Below are positions 7,327 to 15,481 of a stretch of 20,000 nucleotides of DNA, in pieces. Every line of letters starts with the position of its first letter. The first letter of the stretch is position 1. The translations under genes were made by a program, and so were the position numbers. The notes below the pieces were generated by a model. It was given only the letters and a program-made list of their open reading frames with translations, was not told where the DNA came from and ran no database searches. Origin of the DNA: an uncultured virus (IMG/VR IMGVR_UViG_3300029305_009042) (Duplodnaviria > Heunggongvirae > Uroviricota > Caudoviricetes). The stretch lies in the IMG/VR virus record IMGVR_UViG_3300029305_009042. One strand, given 5' to 3'.

Positions 7327-8202
7327 TTAGATCCTTTCTTGAAAACAGACTTCAGGACCTGCTTCTACAGCAGATCCTCTCGACTCCTGCAAAACGTCCT
7401 CTCTGCCTTTCCTGCGAAGAAGTTCCTCTACCTGCTTCGCAATCTGTACAGGTTTCTTACATTTGATTATTTTATATTTTCGTACAGGCTTAAGTCGAGA
7501 AACCGTTTTTCTCTTTCCTGGCTTCTGAAAGAGTTCACCTCCTGTCACCCAGGTCTGTGAACTTCCTGTCAAAGTCAAAAACTTCAGCAATGCTTCCGCT
7601 GACTGTTTATAGAATTCCGGTAGCTGAAACGAATGAAGTATCACCGACACGGACTGCTTCGGGTGTCTTAAGGGTCCCAGGTACTTCATTCTGGAGCTGT
7701 GTCTTGGAGTTCCTGATTTCAAAGATCCGTCTTCCTCCCAAACGGTTTTCTCTGTCCAGTAAGGAGAGCGGGTAGTAATGTTCCGCCGTCTGAACAGCAG
7801 AAGGGTTACTACCCGCAAGGACCAGCAGTTCTCCTTTTTATTCCAGACCAGCTCGTACCTGCTCACCCAGCCTCTAAGACGGGAAGAACCCTTAGGCATC
7901 GTGCGCCGTATCTTTCGGATCCTGTCTTTCAAGACCTGATACTGCGGCTTCATGTCATCCAGACTGTCCAGAAGAAACTCCTCCGTGCGCAGGAAACCGT
8001 AAAGAATGCCCTTCCTGCGCCTGTATGCCTCTATCTTTGCGGAGATATTTTTCTGGCGGAGCCGTATGCAGAACTGACACAGCTGCACGTTACGGCAGAA
8101 ATGCTTTGGTCTGCAATACAGCACACTTTCTAACTTTTTCCGCAGCCGTTCATCCCGAGTCGCCTTCAAAGCCGCTTTCACGGCATCTTCCATTGGATTC
8201 AT
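7327..8202 (-). CDS. Basic protein resembling pC194/Rep_1-family HUH rolling-circle initiators, with degenerate catalytic motifs
   Basis: N-terminal Zn-like LYC..FCRNVQLCQFCIRLR. GWVSRYELVWNKKENCWSLRVVTLL aligns with Rep motif II G..R..E.T.N.....HPH.H.L but lacks the His residues. C-terminal LTGSSQTWVTGGELF resembles L.G.R....GG.LK. Very K/R-rich. Confidence 0.6.
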   Translation of the reverse strand: MNPMEDAVKAALKATRDERLRKKLESVLYCRPKHFCRNVQLCQFCIRLRQKNISAKIEAYRRRKGILYGFLRTEEFLLDSLDDMKPQYQVLKDRIRKIRRTMPKGSSRLRGWVSRYELVWNKKENCWSLRVVTLLLFRRRNITTRSPYWTEKTVWEEDGSLKSGTPRHSSRMKYLGPLRHPKQSVSVILHSFQLPEFYKQSAEALLKFLTLTGSSQTWVTGGELFQKPGKRKTVSRLKPVRKYKIIKCKKPVQIAKQVEELLRRKGREDVLQESRGSAVEAGPEVCFQERI

Positions 8203-8374
8203 CGTTATTAATAACCTCCCGATCTTCTTTCAAAATTTCACATTTCGACGGCAATCCGTCATAATAGTCATACCGGCGGGCAGACACCGTGTCCAGCTTT
8301 GACAGCGGCTGTTCCCGGACCATCTGGTCGTTGATATGATTGTTTTCAATATAATTTTTTGAAGAGCCAGGCAT
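8150..8374 (-). CDS. Small hypothetical protein (74 aa)
   Basis: ATG 8374 has a strong SD AAAGGAGG located inside the first codons of the divergent terminase gene. Overlaps the start of the Rep-like gene. Confidence 0.5.
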   Translation of the reverse strand: MPGSSKNYIENNHINDQMVREQPLSKLDTVSARRYDYYDGLPSKCEILKEDREVINNDESNGRCRESGFEGDSG

Positions 8375-8375
8375 T

Positions 8376-10226
8376 ATGTCCTCCTTTAATCCTGAGTTAG
8401 AGACCCTCATCCGCCAGCTTACGGCAGAAAAACTTTACGGCCGATCCATCCTTCCGGTGGACCGGGTCGCCATCCTGCGCAAGATCCAGGAGCTGACCTC
8501 CATCCGGACCTATGAGCTTCTGCTTCCTCTGTTCTTCTCGTTCAAAGGACGCCCGCTTACCCTGCAGGACTACCGTCCGTTCTCACCGCTGTTTTACTGC
8601 GACCGCCCGAAGCGTCTTCTGTTTAAGACAGGACGTCAGGTCGGGAAGTCGATCTCGACCGCCTCCGCGAACCTGATCATTCCCGGACAGAATCCAAACT
8701 TCACGTCTTTGGTAGCGACGCCTTTGGGCGAGCAGGTACGGCGTTTCTCGATCAACTACGTGAAGCCGCTGATGGCAGACTCCCCGCTTCCGTTTCTCTG
8801 GAACGATTCTAACACCAAGGATACGATCTACCATCACGAGTTTCCAAACCGGTCGAACCTGATCTTCTCCTTTGCTTCGCTTTCTGCGGACCGCATCCGA
8901 GGTATCGCCGCGGACATGGTCAGCTTCGACGAGATCCAGGACTTTGATCCGGACCTGCTTCCGGTTATTGAGTCCACTACGGACGCCTCCCGATTCAGTC
9001 TCATCCAGTACACCGGAACGCCTAAGTCTATGGACAACACGATCCAGGGGCTTTGGATGGACTCCAGTCAGGCGGAGTGGGTCATCAAATGCACGCATTG
9101 CAATGAGTGGAACATCCCGGCAGCGGAGTATCATCTGCTGGACATGATCGGTCCCTGGCACGAGGACATTTCCGAAGCCTGTCCGGCAACGGTCTGCCAT
9201 AAATGCAAGAAACCGATCAATCCGCGAACCGGCCACTGGGAGCACCGCATCCCGGAGAAGAAAGAACGTTTCGCGGGCTATCATGTTCCGCAGATCATTC
9301 TTCCCTGCCACTTTGCAGAAGCCGCGAAATGGAGGACGCTCATTGAGAAACAGGAAGGCGCGGCGCATACCAGCACAGCCCGATTTTACAATGAGATCCT
9401 TGGAGAATCCGTAGACGCGGGGCAGAAGCTGGTCTCCACGACGGACCTTCAGGCTGCCGGCTGTCTCCCCTGGAAGAACAATCCGGAAGATCCGTCTCCG
9501 GAGATCCTTGCCAGACGAAGCCGCTACGCGTGGATGACGCTGGCGGTAGACTGGGCAGGCGGCGGTGAATCTGCGATCAGCTACACCGTTCTCGCTCTGC
9601 TCGGGATCCTCCCGGACGGTACCGTGGACTGCCTGTGGGGAAAGCGTCTTACCGCCTCTTTGGACCACGTAGCGGAGGCAGAACAGTGTCTCTACTACAT
9701 GAAGAAGTTTCAGGTCGATACGATCGCCCACGACTATACCGGTGCCGGAACGCTCCGTGAAACGTTCCTCATCCAGTCCGGAGTACCTCAGGCATCGACC
9801 ATACCCGTCCAGTATGTCGGCAGCGCGAAGTACAATCTGATGACCGAGGTGCCGCCTACCGCGAATCATTCCCGCCGCTATTTCCGCGCCGACAAGACAC
9901 GCAGCCTGCTCTACACCATCACCTGTCTTCGAACTGGAAAACTTCGTTTTTTCCAGTACGACGGCGGTGTGCAGTCCACCGGCTCGCTGATGGATGATTT
10001 TCTCGCCCTGATCGAAGAGAAGTCCGGAGGACGCATTGGATCTCCTGCCTACCTGATCACCCGGAATCCGTCCGTTCCGGATGATTTTGCTCATGCCGTC
10101 AACATCGGCTGTCTGGCGCTCTGGCATACGACGAATATGTGGCCGAACTTCAGCCCTTACCGTCCGGATGCCGCGTCGATCCAGTACAGCTACGATGAAG
10201 ACATGGACTGGGACGTCTCAGTCTGA
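8376..10226 (+). CDS. terL: Terminase large subunit (lambda gpA-like)
   Basis: Walker A FKTGRQVGKS, Walker B IRGIAADMVSFDEIQD, coupling motif YTGTP, CTHC...CHKC zinc-ribbon insert, and RNase H-like nuclease motifs LAVDW and PDDFAHA. Confidence 0.93.
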   Translation: MSSFNPELETLIRQLTAEKLYGRSILPVDRVAILRKIQELTSIRTYELLLPLFFSFKGRPLTLQDYRPFSPLFYCDRPKRLLFKTGRQVGKSISTASANLIIPGQNPNFTSLVATPLGEQVRRFSINYVKPLMADSPLPFLWNDSNTKDTIYHHEFPNRSNLIFSFASLSADRIRGIAADMVSFDEIQDFDPDLLPVIESTTDASRFSLIQYTGTPKSMDNTIQGLWMDSSQAEWVIKCTHCNEWNIPAAEYHLLDMIGPWHEDISEACPATVCHKCKKPINPRTGHWEHRIPEKKERFAGYHVPQIILPCHFAEAAKWRTLIEKQEGAAHTSTARFYNEILGESVDAGQKLVSTTDLQAAGCLPWKNNPEDPSPEILARRSRYAWMTLAVDWAGGGESAISYTVLALLGILPDGTVDCLWGKRLTASLDHVAEAEQCLYYMKKFQVDTIAHDYTGAGTLRETFLIQSGVPQASTIPVQYVGSAKYNLMTEVPPTANHSRRYFRADKTRSLLYTITCLRTGKLRFFQYDGGVQSTGSLMDDFLALIEEKSGGRIGSPAYLITRNPSVPDDFAHAVNIGCLALWHTTNMWPNFSPYRPDAASIQYSYDEDMDWDVSV

Positions 10227-10874
10227 CCCGAAAGCCGAGCCGCTGCCGGTGATCGGTCCGGAATCCGTCAGAACCACCAAGAGCTTCTTATGCGCTTTCG
10301 GACGGAGCTTCGTCTTGAGCTTGCGGCGGGCGGCAGCTTCATCCGCGGTTTCCGTTCCGGGAAGACGGCGGTACGTCCTCGCGAACCGATCCACCTGCTC
10401 CTCGTATTCCTGATGCGCCGCCTGAAGGAGCCGCAGCTGCGTCTGAAAGACAGACTCATCCCGCTTGGCGATGAATCCCTGCTTCTCGAACCACCGTTCC
10501 GCAGCAGCCGCGCTGACATGATGTGAAACTACGTAGCACAAGGCTTTTTTAGCAGCTTCGGGTCGGCAGCGCATGACCGCACGCAGCTTTGCATCCGTCA
10601 GCGGGGAATCATTAAACTCGCCCAGCTGGATGTGTTCTTCAATGCGGGTCATATTGAACCGGCGCGACAGCTTTCGGATGTAGTCATAGAAGTAGCGTGA
10701 CACGCCGCTGTTTTTCTGCAAAAATGAAAACAGCCGGCTCACGGACCAGCTGTTCATTTCCAGAAAGAGGTTTACCTGTTCCCCTACCAGATAGCTTTCC
10801 AGCGGGGATCCTGTTTCATGATTCAGCACGGTCGTAATACGGCTCAGAGCTTCTTTTTCTCCTGGAGTGATCAT
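10218..10874 (-). CDS. Hypothetical protein, helical with a basic C-terminus (possible DNA-binding)
   Basis: ORF 10218..10886. ATG 10874 has GGAG at a typical spacing and is the preferred start. No family motif recognised. Confidence 0.7.
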   Translation of the reverse strand: MITPGEKEALSRITTVLNHETGSPLESYLVGEQVNLFLEMNSWSVSRLFSFLQKNSGVSRYFYDYIRKLSRRFNMTRIEEHIQLGEFNDSPLTDAKLRAVMRCRPEAAKKALCYVVSHHVSAAAAERWFEKQGFIAKRDESVFQTQLRLLQAAHQEYEEQVDRFARTYRRLPGTETADEAAARRKLKTKLRPKAHKKLLVVLTDSGPITGSGSAFGSD

Positions 10875-11862
10875 ACTTTTCTCCATTCAATTCAAAAAAC
10901 TTTTCTAAAATCAAATCTTCAAATCGTTCCCGGCTTCTACACCGGTGCATACAGGCGGTTGCGGCGGGAATGTCCGCAGCGACCCGGAGCTTCGGGCAGT
11001 CCAGGAACGAATCTGCCTGCATCTCTTCCCAGATGTGGCTGGAAATATCTCGAAACGGACTGACCACCGTGATCCTGAACGGACGCCAGACATGGTCTTT
11101 CAAAAAAGTTAGGGCTTCCTGCTTCTTACCCAGCAGCAGGACTGGGACAACGTTACCTGGGAAAGCCTCGGACGGCTCTCTCAACGTTGTGTCGAACCAT
11201 TTCACGATCTGAATGTAGGCTGTGAAATTGTCCACGATCAGTAATTCCGCATCTTCAGTGACCGGTGCAGGCCGGTAACTCAGGAATGCCCGCTCGCGGT
11301 CCTCATAGAATTCGTGCATATACGTTTTCCATGAGAATCCCGAACAGGCATCCGGATACGGCTTGATCAGGGTACAATGCCCGACATACTGATTTTGTTC
11401 CTGAAACAGCGGAATATTCAGTCCCGCGATGATCTTCGGTTCCGGGTCCCTTCGGGATGCCGGGAACATGTACGGCTTCATGGCTTCCCGGAATCGCGTG
11501 TCGATACACAGGAAGGGCGGAGTCTTTACGGATACGAGCCCCGGTCCGCACAGCCGACAGCTTATCTCTTCAAACTGCTGATTCGTCCAGCCGCCCAGCT
11601 TACCGATACGGCGCCGTGCAGTCATCGCCGCCTGAATCGAGTACAGGGTCCGCAGACTGACTTCCACCGGAAGCGTTTCATTTCCGCGTTCCATCTGACG
11701 AACCGCAGAATTCACGGAGAGGTTGTAGGTTTCCAGCTCCGCCGCTATAATAAAATCAGCGTACTGACATTGCGGGCAGATCCCCCAGCTGGTCGCGGTC
11801 AGCGAAAAATCGTTAATTTTCAGATCACAGCCGCATTTCGGACAAATTAATTTGAGGTTCAT
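10816..11862 (-). CDS. DnaG-primase-like protein (Zn-binding domain plus degenerate TOPRIM)
   Basis: Start ATG 11862 with SD AAAGGTGG. CPKC...GICPQCQYADFIIAAELETYNLSVNSAVRQM resembles the DnaG zinc-binding domain. LNIPLFQEQNQYVG resembles DnaG .fPi.d..g.vvG. LLIVDNFTAY sits at the TOPRIM 'iVEG..D' position. Confidence 0.55.
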   Translation of the reverse strand: MNLKLICPKCGCDLKINDFSLTATSWGICPQCQYADFIIAAELETYNLSVNSAVRQMERGNETLPVEVSLRTLYSIQAAMTARRRIGKLGGWTNQQFEEISCRLCGPGLVSVKTPPFLCIDTRFREAMKPYMFPASRRDPEPKIIAGLNIPLFQEQNQYVGHCTLIKPYPDACSGFSWKTYMHEFYEDRERAFLSYRPAPVTEDAELLIVDNFTAYIQIVKWFDTTLREPSEAFPGNVVPVLLLGKKQEALTFLKDHVWRPFRITVVSPFRDISSHIWEEMQADSFLDCPKLRVAADIPAATACMHRCRSRERFEDLILEKFFELNGEKYDHSRRKRSSEPYYDRAES

Positions 11863-11865
11863 ATC

Positions 11866-13014
11866 ATGACCACCTTTCGAGACCCTCTCGGGACTGAATT
11901 TCATAAAATTAAGCAGACATATAATGTACCTCCTTTTGTGAAAAGTGCCAACCAGCGGGACTTACGTCCGGAGGGCACTCCAGAGGAACTTTACCGGGTC
12001 TGTGCCGATCCGGTCAATTTAACGTATCCCTGCCATACCAAGGCAGCGACATGGCTTTCTGCAGCCTTCCTTGCTGAAGACTACGAAAAACTTCCGCAGC
12101 ATTACCGAACCTACGTTGGGAACCGAATCGAGAAGTTCGCCAAATTTTTTGGGATCGAGAACGAAATTCAGGATCTGGTTGCGGAACGCACGCAGACGGT
12201 CAAGCAGGCTTCTGCTTCCGCAGCGATACCGAGTGACTGGTATGCCGTGGAACTGGAATCCGACGGACAGAAGCAGTATGCTGGAGCCATGATCGACCAG
12301 AATGGCGTCAGAAAGGCGGCGCAATGGCTCTTGCAGAACCGTAACGCCATGCCGCTCCATCAGTGCAGCGGTATTGCACAGCGTATTTACAAACGGGCGG
12401 CTTCGCTTGGAATGGAGGAAGCTCCGGAACGCGAAAAGCTGGAACAGATCATTGGTTTCGGGTTCAACGATAATGACCGCATTTCGCAGGCGCTGGTCAA
12501 GCGGGCCGAACTGGGACGTTCCGTGGATCCGGAACTCAGCAATACGCTGGTCCAGATGGCTCAGATCTTTCAGCAGGATCCTCCGGAGATCGGAAGCGCG
12601 GTCATGTACAAGACCGCATGCTTTATCGACGAGTTCGACCACAGGACCGGGCTTTCCGCCATGCGTTCCCGCGGTGAGCTTCCGCTCCCGGAAGAAGTTA
12701 TCTATCGGCACACGCTCCGAAGTATGGAAAAGTATGCTGCCAGCAATCTGAAGCTCCAGAACGGCAGCATCTACTCGCTGGACTCCATTTCCAAACTGGA
12801 TCGGGATTCCTTCGAGGGGCGCTTCGGAAGCGACCTGGCTAACGAATGCTACGTTGGGCGCGAATTCAACAAAGAAGCCGCGGCTGCCATCCTTCCGACC
12901 CTGCCGAGACCTATGGCGGATCAGCTTACACAGGAGCTTCACCGTATCGGTGTCAGACCGGATCATCAGGAAAAAGCTGCGGCGGTGGTCATTCCTCCGG
13001 AATTCTTCAGCTGA
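11866..13014 (+). CDS. KxA-rich phage protein with an internal helical repeat, probable virion/head-associated protein
   Basis: 382 aa with SD GAGGT. Eleven of 19 Lys are in K-x-A. Two related units, YPCHTKAATWLSAAFL...RIEKFAKFFGI and MIDQNGVRKAAQWL...RIYKRAASLGM. Confidence 0.75.
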   Translation: MTTFRDPLGTEFHKIKQTYNVPPFVKSANQRDLRPEGTPEELYRVCADPVNLTYPCHTKAATWLSAAFLAEDYEKLPQHYRTYVGNRIEKFAKFFGIENEIQDLVAERTQTVKQASASAAIPSDWYAVELESDGQKQYAGAMIDQNGVRKAAQWLLQNRNAMPLHQCSGIAQRIYKRAASLGMEEAPEREKLEQIIGFGFNDNDRISQALVKRAELGRSVDPELSNTLVQMAQIFQQDPPEIGSAVMYKTACFIDEFDHRTGLSAMRSRGELPLPEEVIYRHTLRSMEKYAASNLKLQNGSIYSLDSISKLDRDSFEGRFGSDLANECYVGREFNKEAAAAILPTLPRPMADQLTQELHRIGVRPDHQEKAAAVVIPPEFFS

Positions 13015-13273
13015 CTTTCATCCACTGCCGGAGATAGTCAGATTCCGCTTTCAGTGCTTCGGAACGGGTCTCAAAGGGACCCAGAAGCGTTTCGTCGTGG
13101 ATCGGACGAAAAGAGACCCACCAAAGGGATGGGTCTCTGTTTTCGATCTGATCCGCGATGTCTTTCGGCAGATTTCGGATCGTCTCCACATAGCTTGCCC
13201 GCTCGGTAGAGACCGATCCGATCTCCTTGAGGAGCTGATTCAGGTCCTCATCGTAAACCGCTTTTATTATCAT
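13007..13273 (-). CDS. Conserved small protein of Ycf46/DUF1257/DUF2997 clusters
   Basis: Pattern VYDEDL...ERASYVE...WWVSFRP...LGPFETRSEALKAE..YL, which I recall from such clusters in Planctomycetota. Not verified by search. Confidence 0.7.
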   Translation of the reverse strand: MIIKAVYDEDLNQLLKEIGSVSTERASYVETIRNLPKDIADQIENRDPSLWWVSFRPIHDETLLGPFETRSEALKAESDYLRQWMKVS

Positions 13274-13439
13274 GGCTTTCTTTCTGATAAAATTCTTTTT
13301 TAGCCCGTCTTGACTTGATCGACTGACCGCTGTCTTTCGCGATCGTCTCCAGTTTTTTAAGACAAACTTTTCCGACTTCGCCGGATGTCTCCATCACGGC
13401 AGAACCATCTTTATCAATGGTGATGACCAGTTTTTTCAT
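13248..13439 (-). CDS. DUF2997-like small protein
   Basis: MKKLVITIDKDGSAVMETSGEVGKVC...KKEFYQ matches the DUF2997 pattern (I..DG....E..G..G..C...EFY). SD AGGAG. Confidence 0.8.
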   Translation of the reverse strand: MKKLVITIDKDGSAVMETSGEVGKVCLKKLETIAKDSGQSIKSRRAKKEFYQKESHDNKSGLR

Positions 13440-13461
13440 TGATTTTCTCCTGCTATTAATA

Positions 13462-13827
13462 TCAGCGTCCGATCAGCTCAACGACGAGCTGCCCTTTTTC
13501 ATTCACCTTACGGCTGATTTCTTTGTACCCCAGCTTCTTTGCCGAATGCTGGATTACATTATTCGTGAACAGCTGCAGGAGCGTGTCCAGTTTCCCCTGC
13601 TCGCCCCAGTTTCCGTTGTAATTATCATATTTAACGGTTCCGTCTTCCTCGAAGACGACCGGGTATTTCCAACCGGGGAGCTGGATCCGGTAGCCGGTCT
13701 CACGGGTGCTGTAGGTCTGGACTTCGCCCCAGTCCTGCCATGTTCCGCCAACTTCCTGAACGGCTTTCTGCAGATGCGGAACATGCTCCCGGTTAAAATC
13801 CAGTTTTGTCGATACGATATGCGACAT
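13462..13827 (-). CDS. DUF1257 / Ycf35-like protein
   Basis: N-terminal MSHIVSTKL...LQKAVQEVG, internal LPGWKYPVV...YDNYNGNWG and C-terminal AKKLGY...GQLVVEL. Lies between a Ycf46-like ATPase and DUF2997. Confidence 0.8.
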   Translation of the reverse strand: MSHIVSTKLDFNREHVPHLQKAVQEVGGTWQDWGEVQTYSTRETGYRIQLPGWKYPVVFEEDGTVKYDNYNGNWGEQGKLDTLLQLFTNNVIQHSAKKLGYKEISRKVNEKGQLVVELIGR

Positions 13828-13841
13828 GCTATTTTCCTTTC

Positions 13842-15443
13842 TTATTTGTACTTACTGACCGGAACCGCAAAATCCTGCCAGGCTTCGCACATCTTCAAAA
13901 TGCGCGGGTCGGTCAGAGCCTGCGGTTTTCTTGTTTTGGCGGTTTCCGCCAGCTCCTGGAACGTTGGACGGATGACCTGCCGTTTCAGAAACGCCTTTCT
14001 TTGGCTCTCCTCTACCAGAGTAGCCAGCTCGGAGCCGGAATACAGATCCGTGAGTTCAATGATCTCATCCCATTCCCGCTCAAACAGTTCAAAATCCGGA
14101 ACGCCCGCCATGGCAAACTGCTTTCGGATGATCGCCAGCCGTTCCTGCCTTACCGGCAGACTGGTATAGAAGATCTTATCAAATCTTCCTGCCCGAATGA
14201 ATTCCGGCGGAAGGACGCTGAGATCGTTGAGCGTGAAGACTACATAGGTCTCGCTTTTCTTTTCCTGCATCCAGTTCAGGAACGTTCCCAGCACACGCCG
14301 GGTCGTGCCGGAGTCACCCACGTTTCCCTGAAGTCCGGCGAAGGCTTTGTCCGCCTCGTCAACCATCAGGATACAGGATCCGAAACGCTCCACCTGCCGC
14401 AGCGCCCGCCGGATCGCTTTTTCGGACTCGCCCACAAGCGATGTGAACGCGGCGGAGATGTCCAGCACGATGACCTTCATTCCCATGATGCGTCCCATCG
14501 CTTTGGCAGTAAAGGACTTCCCTGTTCCGGGAGGTCCCCCGATGATCACGCCTTTTGCCGGACGCAATCCGGCAGCCCGTGCTTCCGGCGTGAAGCTGAT
14601 CGACGCTTCCCGGACATATTTCAGGAAGTTCTCAAATCCGCCGATATGCTCCGGATCGACTTGCGTCGTTTTTCCGAGAAAGGACAGCATCTCGGATTGC
14701 TGGACGGCTCGGGAGTGCGTCTCATCGATCCGGTCCAGAAGCGGCTGGACATCATCCGTTTCCAGATGATGATAGGTCATCCACGCGATGTCCGCCTCGA
14801 TCGCTTCCGGCGTCGCGCCTCGAAACGCATTTACTATCTTTTTCCGCATATCCGCGTTATGCAGAAATGTCTTCCGACCGGCGACCTTTTTGCTTTTTCT
14901 CGCGTCATCCAGCATTGCCTGGATCTCTTTCTCGCTAGGCGGCGGGATCTGGATCTCGTAGCCGTGCCGCGTAATGAACGGATCCGTTACCGGGTCATTG
15001 GAATAGACGATGATCTGCACGCCATAATTCGCGTACGCGGTGCAGGACAGGATCTCTTCCATCAATACGCGGAATTCCGGATCGTCCGCGTCCTGGCATG
15101 GTTCCAGCAGGATGATCACGCTGTTGGGCGGGATCTCTTTCCCTGTCGAAGACGCTTCCTGCGCGTAGAAGCTGGTCACGGAATTTCGGAGCAGATGAAG
15201 CACATCCGTCAGGGCTTTGTGTTCTCCCTGCTCTTTGTTGAATTCCGCTTTCAGGGACTCGATCGCCCTGCCGCTGCGGCAATACCGCAGAGCCTTAAAA
15301 CGATGCGGCTCCCAGTAAAAAATGGAGCAGCCTTGCGGGAGACTGTCTTCCACTTTGATCTGGAAGTGCGACAATGAGTCATACGACCCGTAAAGAAGGC
15401 GTCTTCCCTCGCGGAAGGCTCCTTGAATATCTTCCAGTTTCAT
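13842..15443 (-). CDS. Ycf46-like AAA+ ATPase
   Basis: Degenerate N-terminal AAA-like half, then IGGFENFLKY, Walker A GPPGTGKS, pore loop SLVGESE, Walker B MVDEADK and SRH LPPEFIRAGRFD. Confidence 0.9.
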   Translation of the reverse strand: MKLEDIQGAFREGRRLLYGSYDSLSHFQIKVEDSLPQGCSIFYWEPHRFKALRYCRSGRAIESLKAEFNKEQGEHKALTDVLHLLRNSVTSFYAQEASSTGKEIPPNSVIILLEPCQDADDPEFRVLMEEILSCTAYANYGVQIIVYSNDPVTDPFITRHGYEIQIPPPSEKEIQAMLDDARKSKKVAGRKTFLHNADMRKKIVNAFRGATPEAIEADIAWMTYHHLETDDVQPLLDRIDETHSRAVQQSEMLSFLGKTTQVDPEHIGGFENFLKYVREASISFTPEARAAGLRPAKGVIIGGPPGTGKSFTAKAMGRIMGMKVIVLDISAAFTSLVGESEKAIRRALRQVERFGSCILMVDEADKAFAGLQGNVGDSGTTRRVLGTFLNWMQEKKSETYVVFTLNDLSVLPPEFIRAGRFDKIFYTSLPVRQERLAIIRKQFAMAGVPDFELFEREWDEIIELTDLYSGSELATLVEESQRKAFLKRQVIRPTFQELAETAKTRKPQALTDPRILKMCEAWQDFAVPVSKYK

Positions 15444-15481
15444 CTTTCTCTCCTAAAACATTCCATAAAAAAACACAGCCG

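Noticed and set aside
7327..8202. Integrated intact rolling-circle plasmid, IS91 or IS200/605 element
   Set aside because: No HUH or catalytic Tyr motif, no att repeats or terminal signatures seen, and the gene is coupled to flanking phage genes.
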